A stretch of DNA of 62,554 nucleotides, the filler included, from Stramenopiles sp. TOSAG23-6 (taxonomy: Eukaryota), in NCBI GenBank assembly GCA_900128565.1. It is 21 parts of 21 records of this genome, joined end to end, with 100 filler letters (N's around TTAATTAATTAA, not from the genome) between each part and the next. Parts side by side here need not be neighbours in the genome. Positions count along the whole stretch, not along the records: positions 20,925 to 23,810 come from LT637764.1; positions 23,911 to 26,796 come from LT637765.1; positions 26,897 to 29,780 come from LT637766.1; positions 29,881 to 32,764 come from LT637767.1; positions 32,865 to 35,747 come from LT637768.1; positions 35,848 to 38,730 come from LT637769.1; 15 more parts are not named here. The stretch is one strand, 5' to 3'. A program made the translations under genes and the position numbers. The notes under the pieces are model-generated. The model was given only the letters and a program-made list of their open reading frames with translations, was not told the origin of the DNA and searched no databases. This document shows, piece after piece, positions 23,801-36,742 of the stretch (positions are counted from its first letter, which is position 1; each line of letters starts with the position of its first letter).

Positions 23801-26800
23801 AAACCACCAANNNNNNNNNNNNNNNNNNNNNNNNNNNNNNNNNNNNNNNNNNNNTTAATTAATTAANNNNNNNNNNNNNNNNNNNNNNNNNNNNNNNNNN
23901 NNNNNNNNNNAACCCAATTAGAGATCCGCCAAGTAGACCATTATCAGCAAATGGAAATCCCATTCCAATTGGTAAACCAAATAAACCAAATACAAAAAAT
24001 AAAAAAAATACAAAAAATAAAAAAAATACAAAAAATACAAAATGTCCAATGTTGATGTCAGTATTTACAAATCTTTCCATTTTAACTACGTCACTTCGAC
24101 GACAACGAGCTAATATTGATTATATTGAAAGAAGTGCTCTGGCTTGTACGTTTTTTTTTAACCCTAACCCTAATGATTCTGTACCTCCACGTTTTTTTCT
24201 TTCAACGCTAACCCTAAACAAAATGTTGTACCTAACAAAAATTAACATTTCTGAAATATTGTCTCGAAATTACAGGTAATCGAATGTCGATTACTGAAAG
24301 TCAAAAAGAGAGATATTGTTTACGTCGTAGACCAGGTCCAGAAGCATCGCCACTATTGACAAAACTATATTATTGTGAAAAGAATATAAAATTAAAATAT
24401 AGAGAAATGTTGAGACAAATTAAGATGGAGAGACGAAACAAGGGTCGGAAAAAAAAAAGAAGTATTATTCATTCGACTCGTAATTTTCATCAAAAGAAAG
24501 AAAAAAAAACATTGAAAGATTTCACAAAACGACAGAAAAAAACCTCTACAATTTCTACACATTTTAATAATTCTAAAACGTCTAAACACTCTACAATAAA
24601 ACTAAAACAACAGCACAAACAGAACCAAAATGTTTTATATAGTGAGTCTAATAGTACTTCTAGTGGTAACAGTATTGAATGTAGTCATGTCAATTCGAAT
24701 TCTTTTCAAGGTAGACATAGAGAAATTATATCAAGAACTACATCATTACTTAGTACAGGCAACACATCAAGTACTATTAAACATATAGAAAATACAATGA
24801 CTGGTCCTAAAAGTATTTCAAGCAACACATCAAGTACTATTAAACATATAGAAAATAGAATGACTGGTCCTAAAAGTATTTCAAGTAGCAAATCAGGTAC
24901 AATTAAACATATAGATCATTTTGAAAACAAAACAACACAGATAATAGAATCTACAAATAAAGAATCAAAATGGATCATTGGTGATGTTTCAGTACAAAAG
25001 ATATTAAGTGAAGGACAGACAGTGGATAAAAATGACATCATTGATTCTGTTCAAGACAAATTATCACTTGATAAAGACATCGAACGACCCATCTCTGTAT
25101 GGGGTGGAAGAAGTGAAAACATGGCCGGTGTGATTATCGTTGGACCTGATTCTAATGACTCCAATAGAGACATCATTCCACAAAATAATACTTATGCTTC
25201 TGCATACCCTCCAGGTATAGGTGCTATTGAAACAACAACTCATCACATATCAAATTCAATTGATGAAACAAATATTGAAAAAGCAAAAGACGAAGCAGAT
25301 AAAAATGCAGCATTTGCAGAACTTATTCAAAAGTCTAATAAAGGTATTGTATTAGCTAAATTTTGTACGGAGGAAGATCGGATAAATAATGAAATTTATC
25401 CTGAAGCACAGTATAGTGAGAGTGATCATTACAAATCTGATGTCTCAGATCGGTCAAAAATTATCAAAAAGAAAAAAAGAAAAAAAGGTAAACGAATTTC
25501 CAGATATAAAAGAAACAAAAGAAATGATCAAGTAAATAATATATATAATGAAAGAAATGTAATGAATCAAAATAAATCAATTGAAGTCTCATTCAAATAT
25601 GAACGAGATAAAACAGATAAAAACGAAACTTGGTCATTATCCAATCCTAGAATGACGGCAGTATCCAATTCAACAATGACGCAATCTGAGGATACTTTAG
25701 TCACTGATACCCTACATCCTAACCCTAACACTACTACGGTAGTCACGAAATCGGGAACAAATCTATTAAAAGCATGGTTACATAAAGCTAAATCAAATTT
25801 GCAACAACAAGTAGCAGAAAAGCGAGATATAGGAAGATGTACGTTTTCAATACATTGATTTTTTTTTTGTACATTTCATTTTTTTTTAAATTTCAAATTT
25901 ATTTAAAAAAAAATGTTTTTTACAATATTTTTCACAATTTATGGTTGCGCTTGCTAGAACGACGATTGGTTGAAAGTACAAGTACGTATAAAGTACTACG
26001 TCATTTAAAACATATCATTGCACGCTTTACAGCATTACCATCAAGAGAACAAAAACAAATCAAATATCAATTGGATATGTTGAAAATAAAGAGTAATCCT
26101 AACCCTAATGAAAATCCTACCCATAATGAAATCAGTCATCAAAAAAAAAGTAAATTATCGAGAGAAAGACAAAAATACAAAACGAAACGCCTCCAATTAA
26201 AACTTGTCAAAGCAAATGATAGAATGGTTCAATTTGAAAAACATCTATCAACATTGTCTGTATCTGTAGTAATAGAAGCAATATCTAGCATACAACAAAA
26301 TCTTGAATACATGTACGTTTTCAATTTTTCAATGTTTCAATTTTAAGTTTTTTTTTTGTAGTAAATTTTGTACCTAACAAAAAAAACTTTTACCGAAAAA
26401 AAAATATTTCCCAAAAATACATAGGACAAATGTGTGCAGTTTTGGCCGCTGATTTAACTCGTTGGAACAAAACTGATGATAATTATACAAACACACGAAA
26501 TATGTCAATGATAAAGTTGATGGAAAGTGATAATAATAAGAATAATAAGAATAATAAGAATAATAAGAAAAAGCTGAAAACAAAACAAAAAAGCACCCAA
26601 CAACGAAAATTGAAACAACGAATGTGTTGGCATTGTGGAATAAAACTGCCTTATACAACTGGAAACTTTTGCGAATTGTGTGGTGTAGCCCTTCCACCGA
26701 GTGTTTCGTTTAATCGTGAATCATCCTTTGGTTCTCCACCTCCAAAACCATTTGGTCCTCCACCTCCAAAACCACCAAAACCACCAAAACCACCAANNNN

Positions 26801-26896
26801 NNNNNNNNNNNNNNNNNNNNNNNNNNNNNNNNNNNNNNNNTTAATTAATTAANNNNNNNNNNNNNNNNNNNNNNNNNNNNNNNNNNNNNNNNNNNN

Positions 26897-27749
26897 AAAA
26901 ATATTTAGTAAATCATAAAACTGACCATGTATTTTGAAAAATATTTTTTTTTTTTGTTAGGTACAAAATTTCGTACGAAAAAAATTAAATTTGAAATGAA
27001 TTGTGAAAACATACGTGAGTGTCGCCACAAACCGTAAACTTTGGAGCAACGCCATCTTCAGCAGGTAAAGCGTGTTCCAGAAGAGTGGGTAAGCTTTTAA
27101 GTAGTTCCAACATTTGTAACAGTATTTGAACAATATACTTTTTGTGTAATCCTTTCTGGCTGCGAAAACGTTCCGTCAAGTCTTTCACAAACTCAGGAGT
27201 TAGTTGACCCGTCTTGGAAAGTCTAGGACCATCGTAACTTGAAGGAACTTCTATTAAATCAACGTCAATTGTTTCTGATACTTTCGGAGCATCTTTTACT
27301 TCTACAGCCTTCTCAAATCTTTCTCTTAAAACAGCCTTCTTACAAGCTGCGACTTTTCTCTTAGCATCTTTGCTTTTTGGCTTTACTTTTGCTACAGCTT
27401 CAAAGCAACGAAGTGCTTGTTTCATTTTACCTAAGCCAATATAGGCGGAACCTCTTCGGTAAAATGCTTTAATATACGTTTTGTCTAAAGAAATTGCTCT
27501 ATTCGCATCTGTCATTGCTGCACCAAATGATTCCATTTTTAAATGCACGGCAGCTCTATTACCTAACAGCGCTGCTGAAGGTGAACAATCGACACCTTTT
27601 GTATAGAACTTTAGAGCAGCCAAATATGTACCTTTCTTGAATTCTACGTTACCTTTATCTTTCCAGTACTTGGCTTGCTCCTCCATTGTACCGATTGATA
27701 CTTCTATATCGCTAGATGTTATTCTTTCAATGTCCATATTTCCTACCAT
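26897..27749 (-). CDS. PPP5: Ser/Thr protein phosphatase 5 (TPR plus PPP catalytic domain), 3'-partial
   Basis: Three TPRs followed by TVCGDTH|GQFYDLLNIF after removing intron 26927-27014. Confidence 0.93.
26927..27014 (-). other. Non-canonical family intron, GT...AT, inside the invariant GDxHGQ motif
   Basis: CAC|GTATGTTTTC...TTTCGTACGAAATTTTGTACCTAAC...TTTTCAAAATACAT|GGT CAG; 88 nt containing no AG. Confidence 0.9.
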
Positions 27750-28063
27750 TAAACAATTATTTATACAACTTTGATAGTAAGTAGAGGTGTTTCAACATTA
27801 CAAGTCATATGGATGGTTTGTGTGGCGGGATGATTGGCCAATGGCGATGATTGCGTTCATTAACTGACTTGAATTGTTTTTGTTACCGGGTATTCTATTA
27901 TCAAGCTTGTCAAAAATTACCGGTCGTTTGCTTCTCGCTGTCGCAGAGCGTCGCTCTTTCTGTGTGACATCGAAAAAATCTCTGTTCTCTGTTGCCCGCA
28001 ATTTTATTTCTAGTACTGAAGGAGGCGAATAAGCTAATCTAAAGGCCAAACGTCTACAAGCAC

Positions 28064-29685
28064 ATGTCAGATCAAAGGGAGTCTTCTTCATATTCACAAT
28101 CAAGGAACTGGTCCCAGAATAATGGCCAGTGGTCGCGTATGTCATCTCAGACATGGGAGCATTCACCAATCCAGAAACAGCAGCAGGCGTCACAATTCAA
28201 CCAGCAACAACAGTCGCCGGTGAGAGAGTCATCTTACCATCAGCCACAAAAACCTCAACAGTTGAACCAGCGTAACTACCAACATCAATCGCAGCAACAG
28301 CAGATACCCCCTTCACTAGCTGCGTTGTTTGCCTCTGGAAGTACTACTGGCTCTGTTTTTTTGGGACAGCAACAAGACGAAAAGAAGAAGCAAGTAGTAG
28401 TTGCTTTGGAAGAAAGTAGAAAACGACAAGAAATTATACAACACCAACTCATTGCACATGGTAACCAGGTTAAGCATTTCAGAGCTCAACTCGATCAAAT
28501 GCCGAGTGATGCAAATCCAGAGTTAGTTGGAAATATGCGAATGAAGTTAGCTGCGATGGAGACTCACCAGGGTCAAGGCACTGAGGCTTTGCGTAAAGAA
28601 GTTGCCCGTGGTACATCTTTACGTAACCAGCTCGAACTTTTATCTCGTCCTCTCAACAAAAATAGTTATTCTCAACAGCAACAACAACAACAAAATTCAG
28701 ATTTTTCACTCTCTACCAGGTCTATTATACCAGGAATGCAACATTCTACACAACACAACAACTACAATATACCTCCAAAACCTGCGCAACATAGACAACG
28801 TCGACGTTTATTTGAACGGACACCATCATTGGGTAGCACAGGAGACATATCCAGAGGTATACAAAGTTCCCTTGATACGTCTGACATTTCTTTGAACTCT
28901 CAATCCTTGTCAACTACTAACCAGAACTCTTTAAATGGCATTAGTAGGCAGCTTTTATCTGCTCTACCATCAGTATCTCAATCGTCTAATAATACAATTG
29001 GTATGAAACCTCTTAATGAACCACATCATAACTTAAATACACACGTTGGTGATTCATCTTTAATAGAAAGAAATAACACGAATCTGCAAAGTAGAAATCC
29101 AAATTCTGTATTGTCAGGTCTTGATTTTATTCAACAGCATAGACATGTTATGAATAACCCAATTCGTAACCAACTTAGCCACAATATAAGAGGTGACCCT
29201 AGACAAATGCCAACTGTACCAAAGATAGAAGCATCTTCTAATGTGACTTTGGTGAACGCTCCTGGTCTTGGTACTATCAATGTATGTGTAGCCTTAGATA
29301 GAGAGGGAAAGAAGCCTCGGAAAATAAGTAAGCATCGCCGAGAAAATGTCGCAGAAGATGTTCAGAACTACGAAGATCCACGGGGAGAAGAATGTATTTG
29401 TTCACCAAACACAAATCTCATTGTCACGTGGGAGATGGAGGAACACGTAAGTTTTATTATTCATTGTATTTCAAATTAATTTTTTTTTTTTAAATAATTG
29501 TACCTGACATTTTTTTCTAACCCATTTTGAATGTATTTTTTCACAATATATGCTTGTCACCGGAAAAACTGGATTGGATTGTACAGAATATCTCAACGCG
29601 AACCAAGTAGATATATGACTACTAGATATACTGATAATGGTGACTGGCGATGGAGTGACACAACTGATGAATCTGGAAGGAGAAT
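28064..29685 (+). CDS. Gln-rich protein with possible SKICH-like domain, 3'-partial; intron 29447-29551 (GT...AT)
   Basis: 471-aa ORF continues in frame as ACHRKNWIGLYRISQREPSRY, similar to the SKICH DWIG motif; divergent from PP5. Confidence 0.6.
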
Positions 29686-29956
29686 GTACCTTTTCATCAT
29701 TCATTTCAAAAGAAAAAATATTTCGTACCAAATTCCGTATCTAACAATTTTTTTTTTTTTTTTTTTTTTTTATTTTTTTTNNNNNNNNNNNNNNNNNNNN
29801 NNNNNNNNNNNNNNNNNNNNNNNNTTAATTAATTAANNNNNNNNNNNNNNNNNNNNNNNNNNNNNNNNNNNNNNNNNNNNAAAAAATTGTTAGGTACAAA
29901 ATTTCGTACGAAAAAAAAATAAATTCGATTTTTTTTTTTTTTTAAATAAAACATTC

Positions 29957-31265
29957 ATAGTTTTTACAGAAAGTTGTGTATCGGTATCAAGTTGTTTTCG
30001 TTGGTTATGAGAGCATTGACTTATAGTATTTTTTAAATGTTGTATATATGTAAATTCATGAACTCTCAAAACATCTGAAATCGTAGCAGGTTTGATCAAA
30101 CTACCTTCAAGCCATTTTGGTACAATAGTCAATTTCTTTTCTTTTCCATATATTTTGGAAAAATATTTCAAAAAAAAATTTTAAAAATTTGTTAGTTTCG
30201 GAGTATCGTTAGGGTTAGGGCTAGTACCATGTACATTCGACTCGCTTAAGCTATTTTTGTCTACAATATTTATATTATTTTTTGTAAAATTTTGGGTATT
30301 TCCAAAGATATCTTTTTCGTGTTTTGAACCACATAAGACTCGAAGCCGATCGGGGTGTTCTTGGTGGTGTTTACCTGTGTCATGTAAAATGCAATCTGCA
30401 GGAAAAATTATGAGAGTATTTTTTTCAAGATTTTTTTCAAGATTTTTTTCAAGATTAGGGTTAGGGTTACGTTTGACATTTTCATCCAACACAGTTGTAT
30501 TTTTTACATAATTTGATTCCTTTTTTTCATTTTTTTCATTGATTGCAGTATAGTCTTTTGTAATTGATCCTGGTACAAACCTTTCAAAACATATGGGAGA
30601 GTCTGCGCTTTGTTCACTTTCACTGACATTTGAAAATTGGTCTGGATAAAAACCAGGTTCACTCATGAGTTGTCTTTGAGGTGGAACAAATTCTTTTTTG
30701 GGACCACGCATTTTTAATAGACGACGTGGGGCTATATTAGAAACGTTATTTTCATTTTCGTTTTTCTCTCTTAATGTGTTAGAGAAAGAAGGATCTTTCA
30801 CAAAAGCCTGACGTTTTTGTGCTGGAGGGACTGGTGGGTTCGGAGTAAAGACACATGTATTTTGGAAAATTTTTTTTTTGTAAAAAAAGTCGTTAGGTAC
30901 AAAATTTCGTACGAAAAAAATAAATTAAATTTTTTTGTTAAAAAAAATAAATAAAACATACATGGAGACGGATGAGATCGTTTCTGACCTATTGTCAACG
31001 AATCATTAAGAGAAGGCTTTCGAATACTAAGCTGATTAGATAAGAGACTACACAAATCTGAGCTACAATCAGCTTCGCCGACACTATCAAGGGATGATGG
31101 TGTTGAAGTGTCATCACTATTAAAATGTGCCGGCGTCTCATATTCATCCCCACAAAAACCGAGAGGTGTGTGAGATCGACTGCGACGACCAAGTGGAGTC
31201 GCAACAATCACAGAAGGAATAATATTTTCTAATTCTTTCGATACATCATCCTTTTTTGCAGACAT
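29957..31265 (-). CDS. Histone deacetylase family protein with long N-terminal extension, 3'-partial; introns 30855-30961 and 30148-30234
   Basis: ILHDTGKHHQEHPDRL and ATISDVLRVHEFTYIQHL...LDTDT are HDAC N-terminal motifs; frames join after intron removal. Confidence 0.75.
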
Positions 31266-31592
31266 TATGCCTACCAAGAGATGCTTCGCAAATTATAAAA
31301 ACACTATTACTAACTTTTTTTTGAGTGACTAATAAAATTTGATTGTTTGTTTTTTTGACATTTGAAAATTTTCAGTTTTTTTTCAGAATGAATGAATTTG
31401 ATTTCGATTTCGTGTTTTTTTGAATTCGAATTCAATTCAAAGGTTTTTTTTGTTTTTTTTGTTTTGTTTTACCTTCCCCTAACAACAACAACAATACTAA
31501 CAACTTTCTTTCGCTTTTCTTTTTCCAAAATCCTTTTGGACGTGTACCAATAAAGACGTGTTGGTCAGCAAACATTTTAGTCGCTCATATAT

Positions 31593-32764
31593 ATGAAAAT
31601 ATTTCACGTGATGTCAAGAAATACTTCTAATGATGTAAAACATGTGAACTCTTCAGAAGCATTGCGTGTCACAGGTATATTCCGACGGCGTACTCCAATC
31701 TTCCCTTCCGATGGTGAAGGTGTTGAAGTTATGGTTGAAATGGAGGCAGGTGCAGAAGGTATATTGATTATGGAACAAGAACCAAGTTTTCGAAAACAAT
31801 TGCTTGGCTCTACGTCCCAATTAATCCTTTGGGAGGATATTGTTCGAATCTGTGTAGACTTTGACAACGGGTGTTTCATTCTTAGTATTCATTGGGCTGA
31901 GAAGATCCCCTCAAAGTTATTTGGTTTGTATCAGTCGAGTAGCCGGAAATGCAACAGTATTTTTTTGTGCATGTCCCAGATAAAGCAGAAAATAAGACAA
32001 CCAATGAGTATTGACGACGTTGTAGTATGGTTACGTGTTATTTGGTATCGTAAGGCCGAATGTACTCTTACATTTTTACGACAAAAAAAAGAAAAAGCAA
32101 AATTATCTGAAGTTAGTTATTCACCATTGTGTTTAAGTCTTGGTATTGGTAGAGATATTACACCAATTCAGGAAAAACAAATTAAGACTGCAGTGGCTAC
32201 TGAAATTAAAGCGTACGTGCATACAGTAAGAGATTATTGTACAATACCAGCACAAAAAACATTTTGTGGAAAATCTTCAAGTATTGCGGAGTTTTTTTAT
32301 AGTGAAAAATTCTCGTGTAAGTACAAACAAAATGGTGCTCTACGCTTACTCGTCTTTATAAATCCTGTCTCTGGTTCGGGTCATGCACAATCAGCCTATA
32401 ATAAATATGTTGCACCTATTTTTAGCCATGCCGGTATTGATACAAATATTATAATTACAAAAGATCAAGGTCATGCCTTGACACATATGCAAAATTTGAG
32501 TGATTCAGATATTCATTCTTATGATGGGGTGACTATTATGGGAGGAGATGGATTGGTCTGGGAGGTCATAAATATACGTTTTCATTATACATTCTGTCGT
32601 AAAACAATATTTCATAGTACATTTTGTACCTAACAAAAAATATTAAAAAAAAAAAAAATATTTTAAAAAATATTTTAAAAAATATTTCATAGTACATTTT
32701 GTACCTAACAAATTAAAAAAAAAAAAAAAAAAATATTTTTTACGATGCATGGTATATTGAATAA
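31593..32764 (+). CDS. Sphingosine/ceramide kinase (DAGK catalytic domain), 3'-partial
   Basis: LLVFINPVSGSG, GGDG and EVIN|GIL after intron 32574-32750. Confidence 0.88.
32574..32750 (+). other. Non-canonical family intron, AT...AT, with duplicated branch module
   Basis: AAT|ATACGTTTT...2x(ATAGTACATTTTGTACCTAAC)...TTACGATGCAT|GGT restores conserved GGDG..EVING. Confidence 0.85.
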
Positions 32765-32864
32765 NNNNNNNNNNNNNNNNNNNNNNNNNNNNNNNNNNNN
32801 NNNNNNNNTTAATTAATTAANNNNNNNNNNNNNNNNNNNNNNNNNNNNNNNNNNNNNNNNNNNN

Positions 32865-33725
32865 AAAATTTTTTTAAAAAAAAAAAAAAAAAAAAAATAA
32901 TTAATAACATTTTTTTTTTTTTGTAAAATTCGTGCTTTTTTCACAATACATGAAAGGATGCCGAAGAAATTTTATCATGAGGAAGATATTAAATAAACTA
33001 AATTATTGCGATAAAGAAGGAAAAAATGCTTATCCAACATGTATGTTTATTTTTTTTCAATTTTTTAACTAAATTGTTTTTCCTACGAAATTTCGTACCT
33101 AACGTTTTTTTTTTCATATTTCGTGTTTATTTCACAATACATATATAGGCTTGCAATCAGATTATCCATTTACTCGAGAACACGATTTGCGATCAGTAGC
33201 TAAAGAATATGTATGCTTTATTGTTTTTTGATTTTTTATCTATATTTTTTTTTTTTTGATTTTTGAAAAAAAAAATTTCATACCTAACAAATTTTTCAAA
33301 AAAAAAAAAAACTAACCCTAATCCTAATCACAATATATGCTAGTGGTAGTCTTTGTGGCACATCGGGAAAAGGATTGGGAAAATTTGGTGCAGATGGTCT
33401 TTCCATTCTTGCTAAAGCTCTCAAGCTCAATGGAAATCTTCTTTCTCTAACACCTGTATGATTTATTTTTCTTCNACTTTTTTTTCAATTTCGAATTTAT
33501 TTATTTTTTTTTGATTTTTGAAAAAAAAAAAAAATTTCGTACCTAACAAAAAAACAATATTTTTTCACAATATATGATTTGAGTGATGGAATGGTTGAAT
33601 TGAGCAGTTGTAAAATCACAGGTCAATATTATGGAACAACATACAAATCTTTATTTGCTTCTATGGCAATTAACCACGGTAAGTTATATCACATTTTTTG
33701 TTATTGTTAGGTACAGAATTTTATA

Positions 33726-33759
<34 letters not shown>

Positions 33760-35691
33760 TATCACAACAAAGCAGTAAACAGTTACCACAGACATAAACG
33801 AAATTCTTTTTTATTTTTTTTATTAATGACTCACAATTTCATTTTTTTTAACATCATTTTATACTAAACAGCTGATGGGACATGCCAGAATGGAGATAAC
33901 AACAGTCAACCTTCACAAATGCCTTGTATGTGGTTCAAAACTACATCAAAGGTTAAGTATTTTGTTCCTTATATCGAACATAAATATATCAAAAAAGAAG
34001 AAAAATCACATGCAACAGAAGGCATTCACGGGGCTTTCGAACCAAAACTTCGAGTGGTAGTGGAGTTTAATAAAGAAAGAAACGAAACACTAGGAGAATT
34101 TTGTTTTAAGCAACACAAAAAGGGAATGTACATTTTCATTATGATTTTTTTTTTTTTTTTTTGATACGAAATTTCATACCTAACAAAATATTTTGATTTT
34201 TTTTTGAAATATTTTTGTACAATATATTACATATCAAAAATTATCATCTACATCTGATCGAAAGGGCTTCAAACACCGCCGAGGTGACATATTTCCAGAT
34301 AAAAAAATTTCACTGTACAAACCTCCTTCGACAAATGTTATTAAACAATGGTGGAATCCAAAGCGAAAATTTGAAATGCTTAAAAAAACGATAAAAGCAA
34401 ATTCCGTGAGAATATGTATAGATCATAAGACGTCCACTGTCATTAACCCTAGATTATGTCCACATAGAAGCAAAGGAAGTGAAAAAAAGGCGGATTGTGA
34501 CAATTATGGATATTGCATTGATATTGAAGCAACCGACAACATCCACAAATCCAGAATAAAACACAAATCCACTAAACCTTCTAAAGGTTTTATTACTGGG
34601 GACTTGTACACATTTTGCTACAAAACTTATGATGCAATGTTTAATACTGTTATGCTCATGGAGAACCAAGGTATACATCTGTTAAGCAATGAAAAATTTC
34701 TTCCAGACAACAAGAATTTTGGAGAGTTTTGCATGTTAGAAACGGAGAAGGCTAAAAAAGAAAATAGCAAATATTTTAATTGGTTTAGGAGGTCTGAATG
34801 GAACCTAGTTCGCAAAAGTGAAGTAACCATAAAATCTGTCCGACAGAAATCTAACATGCTCACAATAGAAGAATCGGAAAAGAAGTCAGACAATAAAACG
34901 TCCTATGATATACTAAAATCAAAACAATGTAGCTTTCTTCATCCGGGTAATCTTAACTGTCAAGTTCAACACTACCCAAAAAAAGGGACTTGTAAAAATT
35001 TTCAATATTGCTTTGATATGATGTTGAAGCAACAAGGAGAGGCAAAAAAAAAGAAAGGGTACTTATTTTGCTTTGAGACCTTCAAAAATGCAAGTCATGT
35101 ACAATTGAAACTGGAAAGAATGGGTGTTGATGAAACTGAAAGACTTACAACCAAGAGATTGGAATCTCGCAATAAATTTCATTCAAAATCTACTGCAATC
35201 AACATACATGCCTATGAAAAGGACATCAAAATTGCTACATTGGCAGCAGAACATCTTCGCAATAACAAGGAAGATTTGCTTCAAGACAAATCTTACAATA
35301 AAGAAAATTCTCGGGATACAAAAAAATTAGTGGAAACAGCTGAAGATACAATCACTTCATTATTGGAATTCTTGAAAAATCATAAACCAAAGTTTCCAGA
35401 GTTTACAGAGAGTAAGCAAGATGAACTGGAACGAAAAATACAGAGTATCACGAATTTGTCTGTGCTGACCTCTATTGGAAAATGCAACACTGTGATAAAT
35501 TCTGACAAAGCTGAGATTCACAATAAGAAGGTACCGTGTGAAGTGTTTCTAAGCGAATATCTGAAAAAAAACGATGCAGCAGCACGAGAAGAAGAAGATG
35601 ATGATGATGCTGCTGCTGCTGATGATGAAAAAGAAGAAAAAAAAGAAGAAAAAAAAGAAGAAAAAAAAGAAGAAGAAGAAGAAAAAAAACC

Positions 35692-35722
<31 letters not shown>

Positions 35723-36708
35723 AAGAAGAAGAAGAAGAAGAAGAAGANNNNNNNNNNNNNNNNNNNNNNNNNNNNNNNNNNNNNNNNNNNNTTAATTAAT
35801 TAANNNNNNNNNNNNNNNNNNNNNNNNNNNNNNNNNNNNNNNNNNNNAAAATTTTTTTAAAAAAAAAAAAAAAAAAAAAATAATTAATAACATTTTTTTT
35901 TTTTTGTAAAATTCGTGCTTTTTTCACAATACATGAAAGGATGCCGAAGAAATTTTATCATGAGGAAGATATTAAATAAACTAAATTATTGCGATAAAGA
36001 AGGAAAAAATGCTTATCCAACATGTATGTTTATTTTTTTTCAATTTTTTAACTAAATTGTTTTTCCTACGAAATTTCGTACCTAACGTTTTTTTTTTCAT
36101 ATTTCGTGTTTATTTCACAATACATATATAGGCTTGCAATCAGATTATCCATTTACTCGAGAACACGATTTGCGATCAGTAGCTAAAGAATATGTATGCT
36201 TTATTGTTTTTTGATTTTTTATCTATATTTTTTTTTTTTTGATTTTTGAAAAAAAAAATTTCATACCTAACAAATTTTTCAAAAAAAAAAAAAACTAACC
36301 CTAATCCTAATCACAATATATGCTAGTGGTAGTCTTTGTGGCACATCGGGAAAAGGATTGGGAAAATTTGGTGCAGATGGTCTTTCCATTCTTGCTAAAG
36401 CTCTCAAGCTCAATGGAAATCTTCTTTCTCTAACACCTGTATGATTTATTTTTCTTCNACTTTTTTTTCAATTTCGAATTTATTTATTTTTTTTTGATTT
36501 TTGAAAAAAAAAAAAAATTTCGTACCTAACAAAAAAACAATATTTTTTCACAATATATGATTTGAGTGATGGAATGGTTGAATTGAGCAGTTGTAAAATC
36601 ACAGGTCAATATTATGGAACAACATACAAATCTTTATTTGCTTCTATGGCAATTAACCACGGTAAGTTATATCACATTTTTTGTTATTGTTAGGTACAGA
36701 ATTTTATA

Positions 36709-36742
<34 letters not shown>

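Larger units (their letters stand above)
14953..26796. repeat. Four identical copies of one 2886-bp contig (14953, 17939, 20925, 23911); assembly redundancy
   Basis: Same sequence and same ends, each separated by the artificial linker. Confidence 0.92.

Noticed and set aside
14953-26796. Apparent 4x tandem amplification of a 3-kb unit (and 2x at 32865-38730)
   Set aside because: Copies are identical, have identical truncated ends and are separated by the artificial linker in a length-sorted concatenation. They are redundant contigs, not a tandem array.
35693-35747. Poly-Lys/Arg tract from (AAG)n
   Set aside because: A simple microsatellite at a contig end; its length and frame are unreliable.
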